A DNA stretch of 64,000 nt from Carcharhinus amblyrhynchos. Taxonomy: Eukaryota. The position numbers were made by a program, and so were the translations under genes. The stretch is from positions 23,932,001 to 23,996,000 of the forward strand of contig OZ336876.1 in assembly GCA_965287045.1 (NCBI GenBank), given 5' to 3'. Positions 50,459 to 64,000 of this stretch are shown piece by piece; positions within the stretch are counted from its first letter, which is position 1, and each line of letters begins with the position of its first letter. Under the pieces are notes generated by a model. That model made no database searches. It was not told the DNA's origin and was given only the letters and a program-made list of their open reading frames with translations.

Positions 50459-53400
50459 GAACCAATTCTTGTCGCAAACAAAATAAAATCACTATACATT
50501 AACAAATGTCCAGAAAGTTCACACAGAAAAAGTAAAATAATCCCATGTTATAAATTGTGTTAACTTACTATTTGTTATTAAGTTAGTCGTAATTACCTCA
50601 CCCACTGATAAGCTGACTTTAATTACCCGACAATCTATTAATCTATCCCACCAGGACATTGCTGAGATTGAGTGTTTGGTCTAAACACCGCCTAATTTTA
50701 GGCACCATTGAAGGCATGAAAGAATAAGTAGAGGGATAAAGCCCTCCTCACCTGGTGAATTGTTAAAATGACTCCTTGTGAATTAGTTTTATTTCTTCAC
50801 CTTTGTGTAATGAATAGATTATTATATTTGGTTCTTATAGTCCTCAATCTTCATATGTTGCAGGCAGTACACTTCCCCAAAAGTTATCATGGGTAAACGA
50901 CTCTATCAGATAGTCTCAGTCCAGGTGTCCCACAGAGGTCTCAGCTTCAATGTCTGTTTAGCCAAGCAAAGCTTTTCAAACGTTCACCTCAGCTTTTCAG
51001 ATACAATTCCCAATTGACCTTGGCTCCGTGCCTCATTAATAACTACTGACCTCTATCCAGGACAGTAAGTCTGATTATCAGGACAGGGTTGGCTTGGCTG
51101 GGATGACTCACGTGCCTAGTTAACCTAACCACATCCATAGATCAGGTTCATATTTAAAGACAGGAAGTAGTAGAAGACATTTGTTGACTGTTAAACCATT
51201 CCTCCCTATAAGCAATCTCTTTCAGAAAAGCAAAGGGAATTTGGGGGCTGAGGGTTCAAACATGAATGAAAAAGATGCAAGGGTTGAAATTCAGGGTCAC
51301 GTAGTGTGGGAAATTATCTGGGCTGGGAGAAGATGTTTACCAGTGGAACTGATTTCTTCTCTGTCCTGGCCACACTGAGAAATTCCAATAATGCAGAGTT
51401 TTGGGTGGTGGTTTCTTCTACCTGTTCGACCATTGCTCTCTCTTTTTCTCCCATCCCCCTCATTCATGGTTATATCATGTCAAACCCTCTTCAAAATCCT
51501 TCTGACTCTGCCAGCCAATGAAAACAGGAGGCAGGATGCCTTTACAAAGCATTTGTCATACCCCTACCATAGATGTATGTGGTGTCTGCTCTGCCAAACA
51601 CAATGCACAATTAGTCTCAGAAATGGGCTATCATTGAGTGACTGACAACTCAAGAACTAAACAGTCACTGTTCAGAATTGTATACCTGAAAAAGTTAACT
51701 CAGATTAATCAATGTCTTCACCCTAACTGAAGGGCAAAATGCTTGTCAGATACTTTTCAATATCCGTACAGACCAGATGCATCAGTGATGTTAATGGTGT
51801 AGGCACCTGCTTCTATCATCCTTGTGGTATGGTACAGAGTTAAAGCAAGTGTAGGCAAGTAGAAATTGCATCTGGAATCCTGGCAGTGAGACAAAGCTCT
51901 TGGAATCTGGATTATTTCATTCAAATTCTACAGGCTTTAGTTTAAAAGAACGCACTTTACTGGCTGTCAAGAATGCCAACTGACAGCAAGGATGAATATA
52001 AAATGGGATAAAAAAATCATCAAAGCACTATTGTTTCATTTACTGCAATTCACTTGCGTTTATATAATTTGTCTTGAATTCATGCAGCAAAGGATAAAAT
52101 AGTTTGTGGCCAAAATCGACATTGTGCTTCTGACACAGTTTACTAATACGCAGATGCTTAAGGCACTTGTCTGAAACCATTTGATACCTTCCTAAAAAAA
52201 ACAAAGAAATAATTTCAGACAAATGCATTAAACGTCTAATTGCAGCATTGTGGTGCAGAACTTCAGGTCCCAAGACTTATTACATTGGGAGTCTCTCTTT
52301 TGTCAGGCAACTTTGCTTAAACATAACAACACAAAACAAACTGAAAAAAACAAATATATTGCGACATGCATGGGCGATAATTTTCAAACAAGGTTAATGA
52401 AACAGTTCAGTACAATGCTTAAAAGAGGCTGCAGCTATCCTCAAGAGGGACTTTTAGTACAAATCCAACTGCACAGGAGAGCGATGCAACTAAGTGAATG
52501 TTCATGGTGTAACACAAATAAGTTAGTCAAATCCATAGGGAAGATTGTACAACGCAAATCTTCCACATTAGGAATCCAACTACTTAGCTCAAAGTTTGAA
52601 AGCCAAGATTCGAGAAAGCGTAACTTTCCTGTCAATAGTGTGTAGGCAGAGTAGGAACAAAGCTCTAACTCTGATTCACAGCAAATACTCTAGTCTTTTT
52701 CTTCTCATTTTGCTACATTTTCAGTTCCATTCTTCTGCCCCATGGCACAGAGAAATGAAATGTTGAAAATAAACAAGTCAATTTGTGATACCATATAACA
52801 TGACATACCCCACAACCCCACTCTCTTAAATATACAAGTACTCTTTGCACTTAATCTAAGTTGTAGGATTGCCACATGCCAGTGATTGCAGGCCTTAGTT
52901 TATTTCAAGAGCATTTTGAATTCCATTACTCTTAAAATCCAGACTTCTGAAAGCCAATTCACCTTCCAGTACTGAACTCTCAGTCAGCCAAAGGTGGATT
53001 CAAGGACTATTTGAGAAACCTGTAACAGAGTTAATGAACAGGATGTAAGCGGATAGTTAGAAGCGGGAATTCTCAACACAGACCATGGTTGAAGTAGAAT
53101 CCATCAATTATTACAAAGGGTGTGAGGCCAGGGCAGAAAATGCAATTAAACTCATGGAGAATACAACAATTGCAGGCTTAATAAGCCAAATGGCCTATCC
53201 TGAAGCGGTAATCATCTCCAGTTTTACACCCATTTATAAATCCACTACTGAGACCTAAGGGCGGGACATCAGGATTACAATTTTCTTTGCCATTGTGTGA
53301 ACAGTCTGTCAAAATTTGTTTCCTTGAAAAAAAATTGCCACAATGTAAAAATAGAGCATTAGCAGTCTATTGAGCGAAAGGACGTGCACATTTTTAGATT

Positions 53401-53487
53401 CAGTCCCATTATTCAACTTTTGAAATTTAATCATGCTTATTGCATAGCCTGCGACAGACAAAAGTGTCATAAGTCAATTTACTTTCA

Positions 53488-53703
<216 letters not shown>

Positions 53704-54658
53704 TCAATCAAATATTTGACAGAACAAAAAGAATATTATCTGTTATTTCTAAACACTCATAGCGATAAATAAGTTCTTAAAGAATCAACTTGTAAGCAAA
53801 TTGTAGGCAACAAATGTCAAGTTGATAGCACAGTGGGTTAGTGCATTGATATAGTAATGTGCCACATGCAGTGATTTCTTTTATGGTTTCCCAGATCTTG
53901 ATCAAACTCCTCAAATGAAGGAGCAAAGTAAGGGAGAGAGGTTTTCTCATATATAAAGAGAGATACAAGTCTAATCTGTTAGCACTGACTCCATTTTGAA
54001 AGGGCTCGACCACTAGGTGCCCAAAGGGCCCACCTGTATCAGGTGATGGTCTGTCATTATCATGGAAATCTGAGTCACGTGGCATAAGGCTCGATTCCCA
54101 TTTCAGAATTGGGATCGGTATAAGTGAGTATAAATATACAGATACAAGTAATTAAGCAGCAATTAGAAGATTGTGCCCCTTTTTGGGTGTTTGGTTACAA
54201 TAGAAATGCCGTTAAATTAATGGCAGCGTACCAATTTACTTATGTGACCACAGAGACGAGAACGCTCAGTTACGGAGGAGGCGCAAAAGTGGAATCTTTT
54301 CAATAGGAAATTGAAGTTTAAAGGTGGCTCTGATGGGGTGTTTTTTGGTAAGCTAACTAAGAACAATTATTTCCACTGGGCAATAATTCAGTAACCAGGA
54401 GTTATCAACTTCAGAACATCAGCAAAATAATGAGCAGAAATTAAAAAATGCATTTATTTTTAAAAAAGGGTCAAGTGGGATATGGAACAACCTCCCAGAA
54501 ACATAATTGTTTTAACAGGAATGATGATATATGTTTGAAAAACATGTACGCGTCAGAATAACATGCATAAGATTTTGAAGCAATTTAGGTGTCCCATTTA
54601 CTGACAGTATGCCATTAAAACGTGAAAGTCAAGAGGCAAAGGCCACAAAAAAGTCCAA

Positions 54659-55072
54659 TACTTTTGTGGGGTCAGGAGGAGAAGGAGCTTATTTCCAAGC
54701 TCACAACAATAATGCAAACTATTGCCACCATCGTCAGTCCAACCCCCTCTACCACCTATTTGTTTGGCGCTGGGTCATTCTCCAAGCTACATGTCAGTGC
54801 ATTGGTCTTGAGCTGGTAAGATGCAGCAAAATCTCTGTTAGGAGCATGCAATGTGGCAGCAGCATTTCACAAAATACCACCCCAAAATTACTCTTGCCAG
54901 AAGGATTGGGCATCCAGTTCTCATTCCATAAACTGGTCGTGTAATGTTTAAAATAATCCTGGAAAGGGTTAATCTTTCCAGAAATAAGGACCCAGTGGCA
55001 AGGAATGGTAAATCATTGGCAAGCCCCAAACATTGGAAATAAGCTCCTTTTCCTCCGAACTCCACAATAGTA
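54659..55072. mobile_element. Element bounded by 40-bp inverted repeats (possible TA-TSD MITE)
   Basis: 54659-54698 versus the reverse complement of 55033-55072: 35/40 identical. Confidence 0.6.
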
Positions 55073-55599
55073 GTATCAGATGTTTTTTGTAGTGTTTCTA
55101 TCCCTCTCTCTTGCTCAAATGAAAAAAAGGAGATCCAGATCGAGAGATGCTGTTTTGAAAACTTGTTATAGCCGAGAAGGTAATTGGACTGTTGGTGTTT
55201 CCAAGCACAAGTTCTTTCCTTTATCCTTAAGTGGCCCTACCTCTTCTGAGTTAGCCTCTTGTTTTTTATGTATATACAAAAAAATGTTGGGATTCTCTTT
55301 AATCCAGTTGTCAAGGTCATTTCATGGCCCCTCCTTGCTCTGCTAATTCCCTGCTTTCTTTATATTCCTCATGGGCCCTGTCCAATTTTAGGCTTCCTGA
55401 ACCTTACATATTATACATTTTCTTTCCCATTTGACTACATTCACAAACTGCCTTCATTATCCAACTGTCCCTTACCTTATCATTTTTGTCCTTCCTTCTT
55501 AGTGGACCATGCCAGTCCTGAACTCTAATCTGTGGGTCTTTGACACGTGGAAATTGTTTAATATGGACTTGCCCGATTTCAGCTGCTACCAATTCATTT

Positions 55600-57020
55600 T
55601 CTCAGCTCCTGTCTAATTCTGTAGTAATTTGAATCTCCCCCAGTTTAGTACCTTCCCACAAGGTCCTGACTCACCCTTATTCATAGCTATCTGAAATCTT
55701 AAGGAGCTGTGATCACTGTTTCCAAAATGCTCTCCTAATGAAAGGTCAGTCACCTGGTCAGGCTCATTTGCCAGTACGATGTCCAGTATCATCTGTCCTC
55801 TAGTTGGACTGTCCACATGCTGTTTGCACCTAACAAATTCTGCCCCGTATAAGCCTCTTGCTCTCAGGAAGTTCCAGTCAATATTAGGAAAGTTAAAGTC
55901 ACCCACTCTGATAACCCTGTTGTTATTGCATCTTTCCATAATCTACCTAAATATTTGTTCTTCAATGTCCTGATCCCTGTTGGGGGTCTAGAGTATAATC
56001 GCATCAGAGAGATTTCACCCTTCTTATTTTTGAGCTCTATCCATATTATATCAGTGGATGAGTCCTCCAGTGGTCTTCTGAGTGCCGACGTGACATTCTC
56101 CATGTAATGCAACTCCTTCACCTCTTTTAATTCCGCATCTATCTTGTGTAAAACATCAAAACCCTGGAACATTAAGCAGCCAAATCTGTCCCTCTCTCAA
56201 CCAAGGGCTTGATTTTACCATTGCGTGGTGCCCATTTTTGGGCATGGAAACTTGGCAAAGTTGGGCGTGAGGCGAGTGGCGCGATCCATGCCCACCTCCA
56301 CGCTGTTTCCTCCTTTACCAAGGCCCGAAAATGGCCACGATCGGGACTGCGCCCAAAACTGGCACGATGGCCATTTAAATGCATTTGCACGCATTTAAGT
56401 TGACTTAATGGGCTGCATGCCCAACTTTACTGGCACTTCCCCCTTTAGCACCATGTTCGCCCATCCAGAATCGATGTGAAACAGACATGGTCCATAGAAG
56501 TCCAATTCGGGCACTCCAGTTAGAGAGGAGGTAGGTGCCTAGCGTCTGATGGCTCTCTGCTTGGAATTGGGATGGGAGGGCATGGGAAGAGGAGGTCCGT
56601 TGCCATTCTGTCTGAGACTGTTGGGGGTGGGGGGGAGGGGGAGTGGCCCGTGATTGATCTGGGTGATGGGGTAATAAGAGGATCAGTAATTCTGGGGGTG
56701 TGGGGCAATGTCTGTTGGGGCCAGGGGGAGGCATTCGCCAACCTGGGAGGGACGTGGCACGGGAGCAGTATTCCATCTTTTTTTCTGTGCATGCACAGTT
56801 GGAGGCACCGATTGGAGCTGCAGGGCTTCGGATACATTAAGCCCCGCCCACGTGCTGCAGAGCGATTCGGAATTGCTGATATTTTTTCAGGCAGAGTGCA
56901 TGCAGGGGCACTTGAGAACAGATCTAAAAGTCAGATCTGAAACACTCCCAGATTAAAATCTGCCCAGCACTTAGAATCAAAATGGTAAAATAGGGCCCAA
57001 AGTTTCTGTAGTGGCCAAAC
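55600..57020 (-). mobile_element. CR1 APE-endonuclease fragment split by a MITE
   Basis: IIWIELKNKKG...YSRPP, VGDFNFPNIDWN, PTRGQMILDIVL and HFGNSDHS motifs. ATTETWLRE is split at 56204/57001. Confidence 0.85.
56205..56998. mobile_element. Harbinger-like MITE (~794 bp)
   Basis: TIRs gggcttgattttaccatt / aatggtaaaatagggccc and 3-bp flanks CAA/AAA. The host CR1 is restored on removal. Confidence 0.75.
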
Positions 57021-57026
57021 GAGGGT

Positions 57027-57430
57027 TGTTTTCTCTGGAGTGGCAGAGGCGGAGGGGAGACCTTATAGAAATCTACAAAATTATGAGAGGCAGAGATAGA
57101 GCTGACAGTCAAAATCTCTTTCCCAGAGTTGAAATGTCTAATGCTAGAGGGGCTTTCATTTAAGGTGAGATGGGGAAGTTCAAAAGAGATGTGAAGGACA
57201 AGTTTTTTTAGACTGAGAGTGATAGGCGTCTGGAACGTGATACCAGGGGTGGTGGTGCAGGCAGATACAATAGGGGATTTTAAGGGGCTTTTAGATAAGC
57301 AAATGAATATATAAGAAATAGAAGAATGTGGACCGAGGACAGGCAGAAAGGATTAGTTTAATTTCGTGTCATTTTCGGCTCAACATCGTGGGCCGAAGGG
57401 CCTGTTCTTGTGCTGTACTATTCTATGTTC
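57027..57430 (+). mobile_element. CR1 3' fragment
   Basis: LFSLEWQRRRGDLIEIYKIMRG...gggccgaagggcctgttcttgtgctgtactattctatgttc. Confidence 0.88.
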
Positions 57431-57557
57431 CAGATGTTCTCAGATAGGAGAGACATGATAGGCTGTATGCAATTTTCTGACCAGTAAGCTTCCATGATTC
57501 TAAATTGCGCTTTCAATTAACAACCATCAAAAGAAAGGGCAAAATACATTCACTTCA

Positions 57558-57797
<240 letters not shown>

Positions 57798-60623
57798 TTA
57801 AGAATAATATAAAAAGAACATTCTTACAATCTGAACAGAAGACTCCGAAACCACATCTATCCTCGTCATCCTTCAGATACATATTTTTGATTTTACTCTG
57901 GTTGCGAACATGCGAGATTTGGGCAGGACCGGCACTATTATGCTAAGCATTCTTTGAGAGTTTTGGGCAGAACAAAATGAAAGGGGGTGGTGGGGGGGCG
58001 GGCGGGGAAACACACTTCAGTATGATATCCGGTGTATTTGACAGAGATTAGCATTTCTGCACCAATTCAAGAGCAGTTTCGTGCTGTGGGTCCACAGAGT
58101 TCTAATACTCCATTTGTGAAGGATCATTGCAGCCAACAGGACACCAGAGATAACAGACTGCTCTCTAATACGCTATATCACTCAGTTCACCCCTTTTAGC
58201 ATTTAAATGACAATGTTTCAGACATCCTTTTACAACCCAGATCAAATATGACTGAATGCATTGCATAGCGAGTAGATTGTTAACAACTCAAATAGTTATT
58301 CACAATGATGCACCAAGTGGAGTAGACATGAAAAAATTAAGGTGACATAATTTCACTGGCTGGGAGAACAGCAGGTTTACCTTTTCGAGTTCTATTCTGA
58401 CATTAAATACTGGACAGTGTGTATAGGATGCTTGGTATGATTCTGACTTTTCTCCCTCACTCATATGAGGGTGGGGAGCAGGGGGGAGGCAAATCAAAAT
58501 GCAATAGTTCGCTGACATAATTTAAAAGGATTTTAAAAGTTCGCAGGTAATTCGAGGAAGAGAAGACAAGATAGATAAGATGTTCCACACATTTGAGATC
58601 TTCAAAAAGAACTTGTGTGGAAGCCGATAAAATTGAACCCAGTAAAAACTTTGTGCGTAAGGGAGGTTCGACACACGAGAAAAACACTCGTGTGAGGCTG
58701 GAAATCAGAGATAAAATCAGAATATGCTGGAAATATTCACAGGTCTGGCAGCAGATGAATTCATATTTCAGGCCAATGACATTCATCAATATTTCACCAA
58801 CCTGAAATGTCGGGTTCAATTTTACGTTCCTCCAAAAATGGGCTTGAAGTCAGGGTGGAATGTTAAATTTAACAGCTGCCCATCTACCTATCTCTTCCCC
58901 CATCACAATTACATCAGCTGTGGGACTGGCATCAGGCAGCCTGCCACAAGTGGGCCGATTGAGAGCCTAAAGTGGAAAACTACATCACTCAACAGGTTTC
59001 AACGCATATACTGGTGGTGGACTGGGGGAATCCCCTCTTTACTGGGCTCCTTGGCCCATCAAGGATCTCCCCATCCCTACCCAAAAGAAGTGTTATACAT
59101 CCCCAGATTACCCTTCCCCCACAACCTCTCGAATTCCTGGTCCTTGCTTCCTCACCATCCCTCCCCCCTCATTGGGGTCTGCCAGCATTGGCACCAGGGA
59201 GACCCCCTTACACTTAACCAAATTCTAATCAAATGCGGTACGCCTCTGTCCAAAGTGCTGGAGAGCTTCGGGTCTCTAAATGGCCAGCAGCTCTCTGAGG
59301 GGAACCTTTTGATCCAGAAAGGCTGAAGTTCAGCCGCTAGTCTTTAAATGGCTAATTGACCATTAAATGACTACAGAGTAGCTGGTATTCCCCATGGTGG
59401 GCATCCCCCACACGCCTCCCGCACCAAATGTTTTAGTCAGGGAGGGTGTGGGAGGGGAATCTGGCACCTTGTACAGGACAACTTGTCAATTCTTTTTCTT
59501 TTTCCATGGGTGCTGCCTGATTTACTGACCATCGCCTGTATTTTCTGCTTCTGTACATTAGCAGGGCTCAATAAGGAATTCCAAATAAGGAGGGGGAACA
59601 TTTGGTTATTTTCAGGAAGCTAGTAATAACAGAAATTCAAATTAGGATGTGCAGTGGTGTAATACATTGGAACATGGCACATTGCACCAAGGAAGCCTGA
59701 GACTCAGTTGCTGAACCACAATTAGTACCTATTTCCTCTCCATTAATTTTTAAAATTTGTTTTAGTGCAACGCTAATGTCTGGACCCTTCCTTCCGCATT
59801 AATTGTATCCTGATTAAACAGCCTCTCTCCCTGCTGCTGAAATTCAGCACCCCCAACTCAGATTTAATCTTCTCCAGAGAAAACAATAGACAGAAACTAC
59901 TTATGCCCCCTAGCTGCCTTTCCCTCCTTTTAAGAACCCAGGTTGATGTCAATTATCTGTCACTTTTTAAAATCTACCTTTGCTCATACATCATTCAGAC
60001 TCGATGTCCTGCGTTATGCATCTCACCCCTTCACCCAGTCACGTCAGCCCTTTATTTCTACCAATTAGCAAAAGCACAGGTTCTGAAAATTATCTATTCC
60101 AGTGTGCACCACCTCACTTAAATCATGGAGTGTTTAGAACAATATATTCATAACTGACTTATTGGACTCTTGCCAGAATAAGTCATTTTTTAAAAATAAT
60201 TACCTTGAGCGTTATTTTGATTTCTATGAAAAGCAGGGGGGTTTTTTTTGCTCCTCAGAGAGCTTTCTCTCAATGAGTTTCAGTACATGGATATTTCCTG
60301 GTTGGCTGATTTCTCAATTCTTGTAATGCAGTAGAAATTGATCACTCAATTGCTGTTTCACTGGAAGTGTGGCAATCTTGAATTTTACAATCTGTACAGA
60401 AGTGAGCGCCTGAGTAAAGCAATTCCCTTAAGCCACAATGAGTTATTTCAGCAATAATATCATTTGATTATTTGAGATATCCTCTTTGAATTAGCAGAAT
60501 CAGATGGTGCCCAAAAGTCTTGGATCTTGGATTTGAGGAGCATTTGAATACTCCTGATTTCTCTGCAGGAAACTCGCAGTATCAATGTTTCGACAATTAC
60601 ATTCTTAAGATTTGCTAGTTCCA

Positions 60624-61063
60624 TGTCAATGACATTGATAAGGTGAAGAGAAACAGTTGATGGATACGAGTCGTCTTTGAAGCTGCATAAATAGGAGATG
60701 CTTTAGGGGTTGGAGTGTGTTATCAGTCCCAGGAACATTATTTCAATTTAATTTGATAAGTTTCCTTTGAAGTTGTGTCTTTCTGTTAAGAGTGCCCCTT
60801 CAAAAGGGACTATGAACTTGTTAGTTAGGTTTTTTTAAAAAGAAATGCTGCTCAAAAGAGTGTAAATGGGTGAGGGGGTTGAGGCTGGTGGGAGTGAGGA
60901 GGTTGGGGTTGGCGGGAGTGAGGGGGTTGGGGTTGGCAGGGGGGAGATGGTGGCTGGGGCACTAGGTTGAGCTGTGACACTGAACCTGTTAATAAACTCT
61001 CTCAGTAAAGAAAAGCTCTTTGTCTTGTTTCGGCTTCACCAACCAGCTTGTATCCTCCTAACA
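60624..61063 (+). mobile_element. Candidate solo LTR
   Basis: Termini TGTCA...TAACA, flanks TCCA/TCCT (4-bp TSD with one mismatch) and AATAAA at 60991. Confidence 0.5.
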
Positions 61064-61839
61064 TCCTAATCAAGTCGCAGGGTCATTTGCTGGTACTCTA
61101 TTGCACAAAGTGCTTTATCCTTGGAAACAAGGGAAGACTATGTGGCAGATTAATCCCATCTAGTATTTCATGCTTTCGACTGTCAATCACCAAGAAATCA
61201 AATGATCCAGATAAAACAGCAAAAGGTTACCATCCAGAATGTGCTCCATGAGAGTTTGGTGGCAGAAGATTCAATTGTGACTTACAGAAGGGACAAATAC
61301 TCCAAGGGAACCAGCATAGCCTCAATGGGCCAAATAGTCTTCTTCTGTGGTGTAATTCTATGATTCTGAGAGATTAAATGTTGATGATAACACAATTGAA
61401 ATGAGTTTCTGATTTACTGTTTTCTTCACCCCTGTCCATTTGAAATGGAACAGAGAATGCAGTAATAGATCAAATAACATGTAGGAACTACACTTTTTTT
61501 CACTCTATAGATTCAGCACAACATGTGAATATAAAGCAATGAATGATTTGTTGATTTATTTTAACAATCAATTTGGTGACTTTATTTTTGAATTTGTTGG
61601 GACAATTGCCTTATCTTAATATCCAGACTAACTGTGATTTGCATGAAAATTCTAACGGTTGAATAAGTGGCATATAAAGAGGCCTTCATTTCTCAATCTC
61701 AATTATTTTACTTTTGCATTTTTCTTTCATAACGCTTCAATGATAACAATCCAGCTAACTTCTTCCACAGCATCTCTCAACTTCCATCATTTAGAATAAT
61801 AAAAATAAAAACATCACCTCCAAATAGGTCAATCAAACA

Positions 61840-62030
61840 TCATCCTAACTGGGATATATATCACAGTTTGATCATTGGTACTGGGTTAAACTTTTGAAAT
61901 TCCCTACCTAGCTTTTCTGTGAGAGCATCTTCAGACTGCAGTTGTTCAAGAAGGTAAGTCACCGTTATCATCTCCATGAGAGGTGGCAATAAATCCAAGC
62001 CTTACTTGTGAAGCATTTTACCCCAGAAAT
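61840..62030 (+). mobile_element. Degenerate CR1-Zenon-like 3' end
   Basis: cattggtactgggttaaac...agactgcagttgttcaagaagg...ggcaataaatcc. Confidence 0.6.
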
Positions 62031-62304
62031 AATTGAAAAAAAAATTTCCCCAGTTTGAAAGACAGCTATTGCTAGTTTGTCACCAATGTTATTCTTCAAT
62101 GCTCTCAGGCAGACACACAAAGTGATCCAGTGATGCCACCCATGTAGTTTACATCCACCAAAACGGGGAAGTGTCTGTTATTTGATTGATGCTTCTATAC
62201 ACAAGAAAGCTGGGATTGGAACATTCAATCCAAGAGCACCCTACTGGGCATTGGTGGCCAAACATGTAACTTCACCATGTAACCCACTTGGCTTTCATCC
62301 TTCA

Positions 62305-62754
<450 letters not shown>

Positions 62755-62956
62755 TTAATGCAGACAGTTACATATTACACATACCAATTACTTTCTACAA
62801 ATTAACACTAAAAGCAGCAGGTTGGAAGAAGAAAAATAATTTTAATCCTTTAAAGAGGCATCACACACTTTCATTGGCTGAAGCTTTGATTTAAAAACTA
62901 TAAATATATTGAACATTCTTTTCATTGCACAGTCATAATGTTCAATGTATGCTTAA

Positions 62957-63221
62957 AGCTTATTTATTAGTACCACATTAACACTGCAGTAAAATTATTG
63001 TGAAAACCCTCTAGTCTCCACATTCAGGTGCCTGTTTGGGTACACTGAAGGAGAATTTAGCATGGCCAACATACCTAACCAGCACATCTGTCAGGCTGTG
63101 GGAGGAAATCCACGCAGACACAGGGAGAACATACAGATTTCGCTCAGACAATGATCCAAGCCAGGAATTGAACTCGGGTTCCTGATGCCATGAGGCAGCA
63201 GTGCTAATCACTGTGCTGCCC
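62957..63221 (-). mobile_element. HE1-related SINE, alternative-tail variant
   Basis: tttattagtaccacattaacactgcag...ctagtctccacattcaggtgcctgtttggg...gaggcagcagtgctaatcactgtgctgccc. Confidence 0.82.
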
Positions 63222-63419
63222 AGCATTTTGTGACATTTTGCGCTCATCCTCAGCATTCAAATCACATTTTTAGAAGCAATTTAAGTAACTGTATCCCATA
63301 GTACCAGCAGCATTTACTTTGAAGAAATGAACACTTAACATTTTTGAAGTACAGTTTGTATGGAGCAAAATAAAAATGCAACTCTGCCAGATCTACAGCA
63401 ATACAGATTGCCTCTATGA

Positions 63420-63735
63420 AAAAGTTTTGATTGAGTGGACATGGAAATATTAATTCTTCTAGCTGAGGAACCAGTGATCATCACAAGTTGTTCAATGAAA
63501 TTTATGTTGGAAGTGGTAAGAGGAAAGAGAAGGACAAATTTCTTCTCTGTAGTGCCTTCGCAGAATGCCACAAGAACAGACTTGAGGCAAAGACAACTGC
63601 AACAAGGAAAAAATGGATGTTTCAAGCATTGAAAGACACTTGACTATGGGAAGAGTGTGGAGCAATTGGATTAGAATTGTATTCTTCCAGCAAAGAGGTA
63701 GTACAGATGGGTTGAATGGCTTCCTTCCATGGGCG
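63420..63735 (+). mobile_element. Degenerate CR1 3' fragment
   Basis: agaaggacaaatttcttctct...gactatgggaagagtgtgg...gatgggttgaatggcttccttcc. Confidence 0.55.
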
Positions 63736-64000
63736 TTTTAAATGAAACATATCATGAAAATTTGGAACAAGTAAACTATACTTGCTTTCATGATGGCATA
63801 TGAATGTGTTTCTCAGAAAAGGAAGGGATCAAATTTGACTTCATCACAGCAAACCAACATAAAATGTTAACTATAACTGTGAAAGGTAATGCTTTAAGAA
63901 TACATTAAATCACCACTCTTTGATGTTGATTACCATAAATATAATGAAGCAGGACTATCTCCACAAAGTTAATCTGCACAAAACCCTGGTTCATAAAACA

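Noticed and set aside
58724-59326. 200-aa ORF
   Set aside because: No recognisable domain; spans Penelope/MITE-like repeat sequence.

Overview
Vertebrate genomic DNA, almost certainly from an elasmobranch (shark), judged from HE1-type SINEs, a SacSINE1/DeuSINE-like element and shark-style CR1, L2 and Penelope repeats. The whole window lies inside the CSMD1 gene on the minus strand. Ten coding exons (62696-62370, 57793-57599, 53651-53513, 49812-49625, 36198-36010, 28117-28001, 26930-26715, 26051-25863, 18466-18297, 16090-15934) all have GT-AG boundaries and splice in one open frame, encoding CUB4-Sushi4-CUB5-Sushi5-CUB6-Sushi6-CUB7. The rest is transposon-dense intron. The most notable observation is a linked retroelement system. 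A CR1-Zenon-like LINE has a tRNA-derived Pol III head running almost directly into the APE endonuclease (21159-22185), and a SINE (314-664) looks like that same head and body fused to that LINE's 3' end. Other items: a ~95% identical inverted pair of young CR1 copies, Penelope-derived hairpins (one with a degenerate hammerhead core and a 10-bp TSD), a probable retrotransposition-associated deletion, a Harbinger Myb/SANT remnant, HE1 SINEs with an alternative tail, and an extra cysteine in CSMD1 Sushi5. Repeat family names come from recalled motif resemblance, not from database searches, and repeat boundaries are approximate.
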